From an uncultured Atopobiaceae bacterium (GTDB lineage: Bacteria > Actinomycetota > Coriobacteriia > Coriobacteriales > Atopobiaceae), in assembly GCA_963931035.1 (NCBI GenBank), contig OZ006979.1:1960238-2024237 (forward strand): a stretch of 64,000 nucleotides of DNA. The letters run 5' to 3'. This document shows positions 19,597-29,540 of the stretch, in pieces. Within the stretch, counting starts at the first letter, position 1, and every line of letters begins with the position of its first letter. A program made the translations under genes and the position numbers. Below the pieces are notes generated by a model that searched no databases, had not been told where the DNA came from, and saw only the letters and a program-made list of their open reading frames with translations.

Positions 19597-21030
19597 ATGT
19601 TTGACTTCCTCATGTCCGCCATCACCGCCCTGAACGACAACGTGCTGTGGGGCGTCCCCATGGTCGTGCTGATGCTGGGAACCGGCGTGTTCCTGCTCTT
19701 TGTCATCAAGGGCGTCGTGTTCACGCGCTTCAATGTGGTCATGCGCTACACCACCAAGACGCTCTTCCAGCGCGCCGATCCGTCGGAGGCGGGGGAGGGC
19801 ACCATCTCGCCCTTCCAGGCGGTGTGCACCGCGCTCGCGGCGACGCTCGGTACCGGCAACATCGTGGGCGTGGCGCTCGCGGTGGCCACGGGCGGCCCGG
19901 GATCGATCTTCTGGCTGTGGCTCTCCGCGCTGGCCGGCATGGTCATCAAGTTCTGCGAGGTCACGCTCTCGGTGGCCTACCGCACGCGCAACGAGCGCGG
20001 CGAGATCGTGGGCGGCCCCATGTACTACATCTCCCGCGGGCTGGGCAAGACCTGGCTCGCCATGCTGTTCGCCGCCTTCGGCTTCCTCGCGTCCTTCGGC
20101 ATCGGCGCGAGCGTGCAGGCCAACTCGCTCGCCGGCAGCGTGAACGCCACCTTTGGGGTGCCGCTGCCCGTCATCGGCGCCGTCGTGGCGCTGCTCGCGG
20201 GTCTCGTCCTCATCGGCGGCATCACCCGCATCGCTCAGATTACCGAGAAGCTCGTGCCGTTTGCCGCCATCTTCTACCTCGTCGGCGCCGCGGCGGTGCT
20301 CGTCGTCAACGCCGCCGAGATCCCCGCGGCGATCGCCCAGATCTTCCGCGACGCCTTCACTGGCACCGCAGCCACGGGCGGCTTTTTGGGCGCCACGGTC
20401 ATGTACGCGTGCCGCGTGGGCATGTCGCGCGGCGTGTTCACGCACGAGGCGGGCATGGGCTCGGCGCCCATCGCGCACGCCTCCGCCGACACCGACCACC
20501 CCGCCCGCCAGGGCCTGTGGGGCACCTTCGAGGTGTTCTTCGACACCATCGTCATGTGCACGATCACGGGCCTTGTGATCATCACCTCGGGGCTGTGGCA
20601 CGCCGACCCCATGATGTCCGAGGGCGCCATGAGCTCGGAGGCCTTCGGGCAGAGCATCCCCTTTGGCCAGTACATCGTGACCGTGGGCCTCATGCTCTTC
20701 GCGTTTGCCACGCTGATTGCGTGGTACTACTACGGCGAGAAGTGCGTCGAGTACCTCTTCCGCAAGAGCCGCGCCCAGCGCGTGGCGGTGCGCGTCTACC
20801 AGGTTGCCTATGTGGCCATGGTGTTCGCGGGCTGCGTGACCAACCTCGACGTGGTGTGGGAGTTCGCCGACTGCTTCAACGGCCTCATGGCGATCCCCAA
20901 CCTCATCGCGCTGATCGCGCTCTCGCCCGTGATCCGCCGGCTTGCCGCGGACTTCTTCCGCGACCCCGACCGCCGCCGCCCGCGCGACACTGACTACAGC
21001 GGGATGCTGGTGTTTAGGGACAAGCGCTAG
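19597..21030 (+). CDS. Alanine/glycine:cation symporter (AGCS) family transporter
   Basis: GVPMVVLMLGTGVFL, ATLGTGNIVGVALA and GGPGSIFWLWLSALAGM are hallmark AGCS motifs. Confidence 0.85.
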   Translation: MFDFLMSAITALNDNVLWGVPMVVLMLGTGVFLLFVIKGVVFTRFNVVMRYTTKTLFQRADPSEAGEGTISPFQAVCTALAATLGTGNIVGVALAVATGGPGSIFWLWLSALAGMVIKFCEVTLSVAYRTRNERGEIVGGPMYYISRGLGKTWLAMLFAAFGFLASFGIGASVQANSLAGSVNATFGVPLPVIGAVVALLAGLVLIGGITRIAQITEKLVPFAAIFYLVGAAAVLVVNAAEIPAAIAQIFRDAFTGTAATGGFLGATVMYACRVGMSRGVFTHEAGMGSAPIAHASADTDHPARQGLWGTFEVFFDTIVMCTITGLVIITSGLWHADPMMSEGAMSSEAFGQSIPFGQYIVTVGLMLFAFATLIAWYYYGEKCVEYLFRKSRAQRVAVRVYQVAYVAMVFAGCVTNLDVVWEFADCFNGLMAIPNLIALIALSPVIRRLAADFFRDPDRRRPRDTDYSGMLVFRDKR

Positions 21031-21053
21031 CGCATCCGCTTGCCGCGGCTCAC

Positions 21054-21116
21054 CGAGTGTGCACCAACCGAGAAAAACGTCTCTGCGGAAGCGCTTTTTC
21101 TCGGCTGGTGCACACT
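21054..21116. terminator. 23-bp-arm inverted repeat (gagtgtgcaccaaccgagaaaaa / tttttctcggctggtgcacactc) after the AGCS gene. Terminator, and left edge of the low-GC island
   Basis: Read directly. Confidence 0.45.
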
Positions 21117-21212
21117 CGATGCGACTCTACCCAGTTGTCTGCATGGTCCGAATTGTTGTCCGGTCGCTCAGGTAGCCTTGAGCAAAGATGGGCATCGATT
21201 TGGAGGTAGACA

Positions 21213-22055
21213 ATGGGCCTTGATGCCACGGTGCGCTGTCGGTGCTTTGAGGAGGGCAAACTCAAACCTGGCCCCCTTCCGCTGGATGACCTGTATATCG
21301 ACGAGGAGGGATACCTCTCGTCGCACAAGTTGGACGCGGCTCATGCGAGATTGACGTACCGGCAGTTTGACGCTCGGTATGACGATCTCCAGAGGGAGTT
21401 CGAGAAATGGGCGGACTCTTGCTGCGAGCACGAGTGCGGGGAGTACTGCTCTGAGTGGGTAGGCAATATAGCAGGGTGTGCTCAGTTTGAGTCCCTTGTT
21501 GAGGCTGCTGGCGGTGAAGCTGAGTTTCCCTTGCTTGCAAAACTGCTTCCGCACGCGAACGGGGGAACGTATCCGGCAGAGATGGCGGCTGCCACCCTGG
21601 AAGAGCTGGACCGGTTCATCGAGAAGGTCAGTGACGTCGATGAGTGGATCCTATGTGACGCAGAATCTGATACAGAAATCTGGACCTCCACGGAGAAGGC
21701 GTCGTTTCCGTGGATGATGGGTCCGTTCGACGAGGTGAGAATGACCGGCGGCAAGGTCTGCTTCTTACATGCGGGGCGTCCACCGGTGGAGACGACTCAC
21801 TTCAAGCAGGTTCCGCTCGGTAAGTCAAGCGAGAGTGGCTGTCAGCGGATGGAGATCATCTGTCTGGATACGGGTGCGACGACGGAGACCTTTGACTCCA
21901 TCGGGCCGGAGGGGGCTCCGAAGGTCGAGCGCGAGTTCTATGTCACCTCAAAGAAGGCCCCTTTCCTCTACGAAGGTAAGTACGGGACCGCGGAACGCAT
22001 ACGGAACCTACTCGTTGCCTCTCTCGAGACGGGCAACCCGATAAGGTGGTGCTAA
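21213..22055 (+). CDS. Hypothetical protein (Cys-rich N-terminus), first gene of a 4-gene accessory cluster
   Basis: 280-aa ORF with a coding-like composition. GGAGG before the ATG. No recognisable domain. Confidence 0.45.
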   Translation: MGLDATVRCRCFEEGKLKPGPLPLDDLYIDEEGYLSSHKLDAAHARLTYRQFDARYDDLQREFEKWADSCCEHECGEYCSEWVGNIAGCAQFESLVEAAGGEAEFPLLAKLLPHANGGTYPAEMAAATLEELDRFIEKVSDVDEWILCDAESDTEIWTSTEKASFPWMMGPFDEVRMTGGKVCFLHAGRPPVETTHFKQVPLGKSSESGCQRMEIICLDTGATTETFDSIGPEGAPKVEREFYVTSKKAPFLYEGKYGTAERIRNLLVASLETGNPIRWC

Positions 22056-22057
22056 CA

Positions 22058-22921
22058 ATGAGGCGTCACATCGTTCCGGACGAGGCCTCGGTTGAGGTCC
22101 CGCATCTCAGCTACAAAGACAGACACGCGCTGAACCGCCTGACGGCATACGGACGTCCCATACTCGAGGGGAGCTTGCTCCGCTGCGGCTGTTTCCATTG
22201 CGGGAGCTCGTTTGTGGCGAGCAAGATTACCGACTGGATGCCTGAGGAGGACGGCGCGGACACAGCCCTCTGTCCGTACTGCGGGTGCGACGCCGTACTT
22301 TATGACACGAAGGAGTTCCCGCTGTCCACGGCCTTGCTCTCGAGCATGTATATGGAGTGGTTCAAGTCGAAATACCAGGAGCGGGAGACAGTCGCGACGT
22401 ACGCTCCGTCGTTCTCGGGATATGATGACTACCTGAGGCAGGGCATCGCCTTTCGATTGGAGAAAAGCCCTAGGCACGAGCTGGTAGGGGAGGTCGAGCT
22501 CTGGCTGATGGATAACATCAGCGACTGGGATTGGCTCGTGGATAAAGGTTTAGCTGAACTCTATTCTGACGATATGGTTGACGCGGGCTCGCATGCCGAG
22601 GAGGAAGAGGGGCCTAAGGAGGAGCCAGACGAGAAAAACAAGGACGCCGGCGGCCTGTTGAGAATCGTTGCTCATGTCGAGAATGGCGAGTCTGCCGAGT
22701 ACGAGTTCATCGACGAGCGCGGTCATGTGATCTCTTACCCGCTCTGGCATGAGGAGGATCGTTGCCTGCTTCGCGAGCTTCTAGAAAAGCACGGCTCGCG
22801 TCTCATGGGCCTGCTCGTTGACCCCTTTGGCTCAAAAGTGCGGCTCGTTGTTGATCATGGAGAAGGAGCTGCTAATCCAACTATTCCAGCTGCTTGCTGG
22901 AATCAAGCCGCCTATCGATAA
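22058..22921 (+). CDS. Hypothetical cysteine-rich protein (CGCFHCG...CPYCGCD zinc-ribbon-like, CPCC-type motif)
   Basis: Starts 3 nt after the previous stop. Four-cysteine motif plus an acidic low-complexity linker. Confidence 0.45.
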   Translation: MRRHIVPDEASVEVPHLSYKDRHALNRLTAYGRPILEGSLLRCGCFHCGSSFVASKITDWMPEEDGADTALCPYCGCDAVLYDTKEFPLSTALLSSMYMEWFKSKYQERETVATYAPSFSGYDDYLRQGIAFRLEKSPRHELVGEVELWLMDNISDWDWLVDKGLAELYSDDMVDAGSHAEEEEGPKEEPDEKNKDAGGLLRIVAHVENGESAEYEFIDERGHVISYPLWHEEDRCLLRELLEKHGSRLMGLLVDPFGSKVRLVVDHGEGAANPTIPAACWNQAAYR

Positions 22922-22997
22922 CTGCCCTTCAGTCGCTGTGTGGGCGGTAAGATTTGTCTGTGATAGCCCACTAATCCCTTTGACCAAGGAGAGTGTT

Positions 22998-23810
22998 GTG
23001 GCAAATCCTGAAGAGCTCGACAGTCAGGACATTCCGAGCACGAAGCGTTCGGCGGATATGTACGTTGATGCTGTCAACGCGGTTATCGGGCTTGCCGGCA
23101 TGGCCGTACCACTACTCGTCCCGGGCGGAAAGGCCGCTGCCGTTGCAGGTGCTGTTGTGAAGGCAGCCCCGGTAATACAGGGTGTTGCCAACCAACTTCC
23201 CAAAATAGCGCCCGTGGTGGCTCCGGCGGCAAAGAAGGTTGTTGGCGTCGCTGCCGAGAAAGCCCCCGACGCTGTTGCTGCTGGGTTCGGCAAGGTTGCT
23301 GCCGCTGCCAAGGGTGCCGCTGAAGCGGCGGGAGGGGCGGCGGTTGGGGCGAGAAACGCGGTGCAGGGAGCGATAGACGCCAAGGCCCAGGAGAAGGCAC
23401 GCAAGCTTGCTCGCAGGACCCTGCTCGATGGTGCTGGGATTCGTATGTCCTCGGCCTCGTTCATGGAGAACTGGGATGCACAGTCCAAGCTTCAGGAGGG
23501 GAGCACTGGCGAAGGCTATCTCAACTACTGCGGCTGCTATGCGATTATCACCTGTGACGGTGCTGTCCACAAGGATGATTACAGCAAGTATCGGGAAATC
23601 TACGTGGGCAAGTCCACGAACATGGGGGCAAGCATTCACGACGACTTCGTCGGCAAGGGAAACGCGGACGTCTACGCCGACGTAAAGTACAAGCAGCATG
23701 TCTACGTTCTGCTCTATCCATGCTCAGAGGACAAGCTTGACCAGCTGGAGGAGTCGCTTATCACCGCCTTGGACGCGGATGCATCATACAATCGTGAACG
23801 TCTCTCTTGA
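22998..23810 (+). CDS. GIY-YIG nuclease-domain protein with Ala/Gly/Val-rich N-terminal region
   Basis: C-terminal GCYAIIT-(11 aa)-REIYVGKSTNMGASIHDDF...LEESLITALDADASYNRE fits GIY-x10-YVGK...R/H...E...N of GIY-YIG (compare UvrC IYVGKAKDLRKRLSSYF). GTG start after AGGAGAG. Confidence 0.55.
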   Translation: MANPEELDSQDIPSTKRSADMYVDAVNAVIGLAGMAVPLLVPGGKAAAVAGAVVKAAPVIQGVANQLPKIAPVVAPAAKKVVGVAAEKAPDAVAAGFGKVAAAAKGAAEAAGGAAVGARNAVQGAIDAKAQEKARKLARRTLLDGAGIRMSSASFMENWDAQSKLQEGSTGEGYLNYCGCYAIITCDGAVHKDDYSKYREIYVGKSTNMGASIHDDFVGKGNADVYADVKYKQHVYVLLYPCSEDKLDQLEESLITALDADASYNRERLS

Positions 23811-23921
23811 GAATCCCGCATAGCAGCTACTCGCGGGCGCATACGCTGTCCGTCCTTCTTCTGGCCACGGACTTTTCGAGGGATATCCTAGCTATAGAGA
23901 CAAACCAGAATCGGGGACGCC

Positions 23922-25220
23922 ATGTCAGACAGTAGCGAAACAACTCAAGAAATCACCGTCATCAAAGACGAGCACGGCCTGCTTTTTCTCGGCGACCCCA
24001 AGGAGATCAAGACCTGGCTTGACGAGCGCGGTCTTGCCTCTCGCGAGTTCGCTACCAAGGCATTGAGGACCGGTGGCTCTGCCGTGCAAACGGCAGCCAA
24101 GGTGTCCTCGGAGTCCGGTCGCTGGGTGAAGCTCACTAAGGACTCCGCCAAGCTTCTCGAGAAGTATGGCAAGGCGGGCGCCATACAACCCGGTGTGGTG
24201 CAGAAGTCAAATGGACAGATTGTCAAGTGGCTCAGGTTTGAGAATCCGAGCCAGCTCTTCTCTCCTGCTATGGCGACGGGCGTTGCCGGGATGATGACCC
24301 AGATGGCGCTCGAGCAGGCCATCCAGGAGATTACGGACTATCTCAAGAGCATTGACGAGAAGGTCGGAGACCTCCTTCAAGACCAGAAGGACCAGACCGT
24401 GGCCGACCTCATTGGGGTGGTCTTTGAGGTGGACGAGGCTGCGGCAATCAGGGACAAGGCGGGCACATTGAGCGATGCCGCTTGGTCAAAGCTTGCCCCG
24501 TGTGCTCAGACGACGAGCCGGGCGCTCGGATATGCCTTGACCAAGCTTCAGGGCATTTCGGACAAGCTCTCGCGCGCCGAGTCTGTCGATAAGATCGAGC
24601 ACGTGCTGAGCGCTGCAAAGGAAGACGTGCCCGCGTGGCTCGTTATGGTTTCCAGGGCTGTGCAGACGAGGGACAAGCTCTCGGTCATCGAGCTGGAACG
24701 TGCCTACGCCGAGCTTCCCGAGGTGCTCGAGGAGCATCGCTTGGGAATCGTGGAGGCGAGGCGAGAGCGCCTTGGCAAGGTCAAGGCCAGGATTGATGCC
24801 CTTCGCGAGGTGCTCGAACTGTCGGCAGACAGGGTCAGGGAGGAGAAGCTTCTCCATCCCTTTGCCGTGGATGACGTTCTCAGAACTCTTGATTCACTGA
24901 TGGAGCAGACCAGTCAGTTCTCCAAGGGGCTCGATATCGAGATGGACGAGAAAGTCATCGAGCGTGCTCCGGAGTGGCTTGACGTTGCCGGGAAGCTTGC
25001 TGGCGACGTTGCCTCGGGTGCCGCGAACGGCGCGCAGCAGCTTGGCGGTGCTATTGCTGATGGGGCGGGAGCTCTGAGCGAGGCAGCGGGGAAGGGGGCC
25101 GCTGATCTTGGGGCTGCCGTGGCTGACGGAGTTCATGAGCTTGGCAAGGCCATTGGTAGTGTTGATCTCAAGAAGGCTGCGGATTCGCTTCCGCTCAAGC
25201 TTCCATTTGGGAAGCGCTAG
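23922..25220 (+). CDS. Hypothetical coiled-coil protein with C-terminal Ala/Gly-rich repeats
   Basis: 432 aa. The C-terminal GDVASGAANGAQQLGGAIADGAGALSEAAGKGAADLGAAVADG resembles the Ala-rich segment of the GIY-YIG protein. Confidence 0.5.
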   Translation: MSDSSETTQEITVIKDEHGLLFLGDPKEIKTWLDERGLASREFATKALRTGGSAVQTAAKVSSESGRWVKLTKDSAKLLEKYGKAGAIQPGVVQKSNGQIVKWLRFENPSQLFSPAMATGVAGMMTQMALEQAIQEITDYLKSIDEKVGDLLQDQKDQTVADLIGVVFEVDEAAAIRDKAGTLSDAAWSKLAPCAQTTSRALGYALTKLQGISDKLSRAESVDKIEHVLSAAKEDVPAWLVMVSRAVQTRDKLSVIELERAYAELPEVLEEHRLGIVEARRERLGKVKARIDALREVLELSADRVREEKLLHPFAVDDVLRTLDSLMEQTSQFSKGLDIEMDEKVIERAPEWLDVAGKLAGDVASGAANGAQQLGGAIADGAGALSEAAGKGAADLGAAVADGVHELGKAIGSVDLKKAADSLPLKLPFGKR

Positions 25221-25530
25221 ACAGAGTAATCCCAGAGATTGCAAATGACCTTCTCATGAAGACTGGCTGCAGAATCTGGCGCGCTCATAATCTCGCAGTA
25301 TTCCTGTCCGGTAAACAATTGACGTCAGTTCCGGCAAGCGAAAGAAGATGTGAAGGCAGCAATTAATTTGCAAGAACAGTATCTTCGAGCCTATATGGCT
25401 TGAAGATCCGGTCATCGCGTCGCTATCAAAATACGATGATTAGTATGTTCGACGCTGCTCTATTGGTGGAGAGAAAACCGCGTAGGTATAGCGTGCTAAA
25501 CTGCAATCTGGTCACGGTGAAGCTCGATCT

Positions 25531-27288
25531 TTGAATGTGAATCGCATTCGCAAAAGAACTGTTTCTCACTGCGGGCAACTGTTTGATGGACTGATTGAAT
25601 TAGCCTTGTTGTCGCCTGGACCGTCCGGAAGGAGCTTCACCGTGGCCTCTCCTGAGATTAGATTTACAAGCATCTCTACAAACGCTCAACTTGCCGAATA
25701 CTGCGGTGTTTCATGGGATGAGCTGAGAATGCTTGCGTATGCAGATGGAATCAAGCGGTATACGGAGTGGCTTGTTCCAAAAAAGAATGGGGAAGGCTTC
25801 AGGCGTATCTCCTCGCCCATGGCAAACCTGAGAAGAGTGCAACGGGCGATTGCTAAGGGCCTATCGGAATCCTATAGCCCCCTGAAATGCGTTTACGGCT
25901 TTGTTTGTGAGCGCAATGTGGCCATGAATGCTTTGCAGCACGCAAGAAAAAGAACGGTGCTCACCCTCGATCTCAAGGACTTCTTTCCGTCGATTTCAGC
26001 TTCACGTATTCACGGTCTTTTCGTTAAGACAATGGGTTTTCCTCAAGAGGTGGCAAATACGCTAACTAACTTAGTCCGCCACGAAGGGTCTTTGCCCCAG
26101 GGCGCGCCGACTTCTCCTGTAATAAGCAACATGATATGCTTCAAGATGGACCGAGCACTATTAAACTTTGCAGCAAATAACGGTCTTACATACACAAGAT
26201 ATGCCGACGACCTTGTCTTCTCCAGTACGAGTGCGTACTCAGCTCGAAAGATGGTAGATCAGGAGAAGAACGCTGTTTGTGGCATCAATCACTTTATTAC
26301 AGACACGATTGAGGCTAATGGTTTTGAAATTAATGAGCGAAAGGTTCATGTTGCAAACCGCGGGAGTCGTCAGATAGTCAATGGTATAATAGTCAATCAA
26401 AAGTGCAATATAAGGAGAAGTCAATACAGGGAGTTCAGAGCCCTATTCCATAGGTGGTCAAAGGAGGGCTATTCTGCGGCGGCCGCTGCATACTTCCGGA
26501 ACAAGAAAAACCATTGCTACAAGCCAAAGCTATGTGATGGAGACGAGCTGTGCGACGAGAAAACATTCGCGAGGCACATCCGTGGGCGTCTCGACTATTT
26601 CTCAATGGTTGTAGGGGTAAATGGACACCCTACTGAGCCGATGGCAAAGTTGTGGACCCTCTTTCATCAAGTTACGCATGAGCGTGTGCCGTACCTAACC
26701 TTTGAGAAATCGGCAGTTCAGCTTTCGTACGCGTTTGATTCCAGAGAGACGGACGATGTAGTCGGAGCAGATTCAAGCGGAGTGATAATCCAGGACATCT
26801 TGATGACGTGCAGTCATGGTCTGCCCAAAGAATGTATCGATAAGAATGGAGACGCTGTTTCTATTGATATCCGAACGGCGTTTGGCGGGAGTTTTTCTAT
26901 AGAAGCGTCTAGATTTAAGAAATATTCTGGCTTTGACTTTGCGTTTGCGCGGCTTGACGCAGATTACCGCGATTTGGGCATACAGTCGGTTAATCCAAGC
27001 TATATGCCTCAGGCGGGCGAGACAATATACGCCTCGGGATACGCAGGCGGCAATACACCTTCGCACTGCGTACAGGCTTCAGTGCTCCCTAGTCGTTACG
27101 GTAATGGAAGCGTTGTTGTCGATAGGGCGTTCATCAAGGGAATGAGCGGTGGGCCTGTCTTTAACACTCGACACGAGGTAATCGGAATTGTTCTTAAGGG
27201 AAGTGACGAATCGAGTTACTCAAGGGATGGCGAATTTCTTCCTTTCAAATCCATTTCCGATTTTGAGCCTTTTGCTCTACGCAAATGA
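25531..27288 (+). CDS. Retron-type reverse transcriptase fused to a C-terminal trypsin/chymotrypsin-like serine protease domain
   Basis: Retron-RT N-terminal signature YTEWLVPKKNGEGFRRISSPMANLRRVQRAIAKGL. RT motifs LTLDLKDFFPSI, SLPQGAPTSP and YTRYADDLVFS (YADD). VNGIIVN sits at the position of the retron VTG motif. C-terminal GYAGG...KGMSGGPVF is the GDSGGP-type serine protease motif. Alternative TTG/GTG start, so the start is uncertain. Confidence 0.75.
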   Translation: MNVNRIRKRTVSHCGQLFDGLIELALLSPGPSGRSFTVASPEIRFTSISTNAQLAEYCGVSWDELRMLAYADGIKRYTEWLVPKKNGEGFRRISSPMANLRRVQRAIAKGLSESYSPLKCVYGFVCERNVAMNALQHARKRTVLTLDLKDFFPSISASRIHGLFVKTMGFPQEVANTLTNLVRHEGSLPQGAPTSPVISNMICFKMDRALLNFAANNGLTYTRYADDLVFSSTSAYSARKMVDQEKNAVCGINHFITDTIEANGFEINERKVHVANRGSRQIVNGIIVNQKCNIRRSQYREFRALFHRWSKEGYSAAAAAYFRNKKNHCYKPKLCDGDELCDEKTFARHIRGRLDYFSMVVGVNGHPTEPMAKLWTLFHQVTHERVPYLTFEKSAVQLSYAFDSRETDDVVGADSSGVIIQDILMTCSHGLPKECIDKNGDAVSIDIRTAFGGSFSIEASRFKKYSGFDFAFARLDADYRDLGIQSVNPSYMPQAGETIYASGYAGGNTPSHCVQASVLPSRYGNGSVVVDRAFIKGMSGGPVFNTRHEVIGIVLKGSDESSYSRDGEFLPFKSISDFEPFALRK

Positions 27289-27615
27289 TAAGTGAGGGTA
27301 GCTCCTGATTGAAAAGAACATCCGAGTGACATAGCGCAGTGACTATCGAGAGAGCTTGGTTACGTGCAAAGGTCTGTAACTGCATTTCTCTAATGAGGTG
27401 TATGAATAGTTGCGTTTAGGCGGCGTTCCCGAGCGTAACGAGTCTTTGCTGCAGGAATGGTTGCTCCGCCCTTCTTAAACTCTTTCGTCTCGATCGATCG
27501 CATTCGTCGATATCACTTGCACTCCTTTCCCCTGATTCTAGTGTTGATTGCTGCCTGATGATTCCCTGTTGATGTGGAAGATGGCGAGTTAGCGGATTGA
27601 CATGCCGCGGACCAT

Positions 27616-28644
27616 GTGTGGCACATGGTAAAATCTTCTGCTTGCAAGGAATGGCATCGCATCGGACGGTGCGGCAACATCAGGTGGAAAGGGCAGGTCG
27701 GCACGTTGTCTGCGAATCAGGTACAGAGCAATAGCATCACTGCTGTGGACCTCTTCTCTGGCTGCGGCGGCATGTCCCTCGGCTTCGAGAATGCCGGGTT
27801 TAAGGTGCTAGCTGCATTTGACAACTGGACGCCAGCTGTCGAGGTGTACCGCAAGAATTTCGACCATCCCATTCTTGAGCAGGACCTCTCTGATGTTAAT
27901 GCTTCCGTCCCTCTTGTCCGACAGCTTGCCCCTACAGTCGTTTTCGGCGGGCCGCCTTGTCAGGATTTCTCGACGGCTGGGCATCAGGACGAGAACGGCG
28001 GTCGAGCCATTCTCTCGGTTGCTTTCGCGAAGATCGTTTCCCGAGTAAGGCCGCAGTGGTTCGTGATGGAGAATGTCGCGACCATAAGAAACACGCGCTC
28101 GTTCAAGCGTGCTTGCGATACCTTTCGAGAGGCGGGGTATGGTCTTACCTGCAAGGTGCTTAATGCCGCATATTGTGGGGTGCCGCAAATCCGTAAGCGC
28201 ATGTTCGTTATCGGGGGCATCGGTGAAGAGGATAACTTTCTTGATGATGTGCTCGACAAGGGGCTGAGCGAAAAGCCTCTCACGATCAGAGACTATCTCG
28301 GCGACTCGCTTGGGATCGATCACTACTTTCGCGTGCCGACGAATTACAGCCGGAGAGGCGTGTTCAGCATCGACGAACCGTCTATGACCATCCGCGCGGT
28401 CGACCGTCCTATACCGCCGGGGTATAAGGGCAACCCCAATGACTCCGCTCCCGTGAGCGAGACGCGCATATTAACTCCGAAGGAGCGCAGCTACATCCAG
28501 ACCTTCCCCGAGGAGTTCGAGTTCTTCGGGAGTAAGTCAGACGTGAACACGATGATTGGCAATGCCGTTCCGGTTAACCTGGCCAATTACGTCGCAAGAG
28601 CTCTGATGGGCTACATCTCCAACAAGAATGGTGGTAACGAATGA
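27616..28644 (+). CDS. DNA (cytosine-5)-methyltransferase, first of a tandem pair (LlaJI M1-like)
   Basis: Motif I DLFSGCGGMSLGF, motif IV GGPPCQDFSTAG, ENV motif. The N-terminus is probably shorter than the ORF. Confidence 0.85.
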   Translation: MWHMVKSSACKEWHRIGRCGNIRWKGQVGTLSANQVQSNSITAVDLFSGCGGMSLGFENAGFKVLAAFDNWTPAVEVYRKNFDHPILEQDLSDVNASVPLVRQLAPTVVFGGPPCQDFSTAGHQDENGGRAILSVAFAKIVSRVRPQWFVMENVATIRNTRSFKRACDTFREAGYGLTCKVLNAAYCGVPQIRKRMFVIGGIGEEDNFLDDVLDKGLSEKPLTIRDYLGDSLGIDHYFRVPTNYSRRGVFSIDEPSMTIRAVDRPIPPGYKGNPNDSAPVSETRILTPKERSYIQTFPEEFEFFGSKSDVNTMIGNAVPVNLANYVARALMGYISNKNGGNE

Positions 28645-29537
28645 GAGCCGTCGACATCTTCTCTGGTTGCGGCGGCATGTCTCTTGGTTTCGAGCAGGCT
28701 GGATTTAAGGTTGTCGCCGCGTTCGACAACTGGAAGCCTGCAGTGGAGATTTACCGCGCGAACTTCACGCATCCCATCTATGAGAAGGATCTCTGTGACG
28801 AGGATTCCGTTGAAACCATCAAGGAACTGAGGCCCGACTTGATCATGGGAGGGCCTCCCTGTCAGGACTACTCGATTGCGGGCAAGCGCACTGAGGGGGC
28901 GCGGGCGAACCTTACCATCCGGTTCGCCGAGATTGTCGCGGGCGTATTGCCTGAATGGGTCGTGTTCGAGAACGTCTACAACATCGAGAGGTTCGGCACG
29001 CTGCCGCGAATGAAGGCGATGCTCAAGGATGCCGGATATGGATTGAGCTCTCGCGTGCTCGATGCGAGCCGCTGTGGGGTGCCCCAGGCAAGAAAGCGCT
29101 TCATTCTGGTCGGCAGGCTCGGCGCCGAGGATGGGTTCTTCGACGAGTCGTTCGTTGAGGGCATGGCGGAAAAGCAGATGACCGTGCGGGATTATCTGGG
29201 TGACAAGCTCGGCACGCAGTACTATTACATGCACCCGCGCAGCTACAACCGGCGTGCCGTCTTCTCCGTTGACGAGCCCTCCGCGACGATACGTGGAATT
29301 AACAGGCCGATACCGGAGAACTACAAGCGACATCATGCCGATGCAGCGGCAATTGAAGACGGCGTTCGTGCTCTCACGACGAAGGAGCGCAGTTACCTGC
29401 AGTCCTTTCCCGAGGAGTTCAAGCTTGAGGGCGCAAAGACAAGCGTCGAGCTTGCCATCGGGAATGCCGTTCCTCCGGCATTGGCGAAATACGTTGCCGA
29501 ACGTGTCTTAAAATATGAGAACGGCGTTGAGCAGTAA
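28641..29537 (+). CDS. DNA (cytosine-5)-methyltransferase, second of the tandem pair (LlaJI M2-like)
   Basis: VDIFSGCGGMSLGF, GGPPCQDYSIAG, ENV. A paralog of the preceding gene with a 4-bp overlap. Confidence 0.85.
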   Translation: MRAVDIFSGCGGMSLGFEQAGFKVVAAFDNWKPAVEIYRANFTHPIYEKDLCDEDSVETIKELRPDLIMGGPPCQDYSIAGKRTEGARANLTIRFAEIVAGVLPEWVVFENVYNIERFGTLPRMKAMLKDAGYGLSSRVLDASRCGVPQARKRFILVGRLGAEDGFFDESFVEGMAEKQMTVRDYLGDKLGTQYYYMHPRSYNRRAVFSVDEPSATIRGINRPIPENYKRHHADAAAIEDGVRALTTKERSYLQSFPEEFKLEGAKTSVELAIGNAVPPALAKYVAERVLKYENGVEQ

Positions 29538-29540
29538 GAG

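Noticed and set aside
25221-25530. Confident msr/msd assignment for the RT
   Set aside because: Only an 8-9-nt a1/a2-like match and short hairpins were found. These are insufficient to define a retron ncRNA without covariance models.
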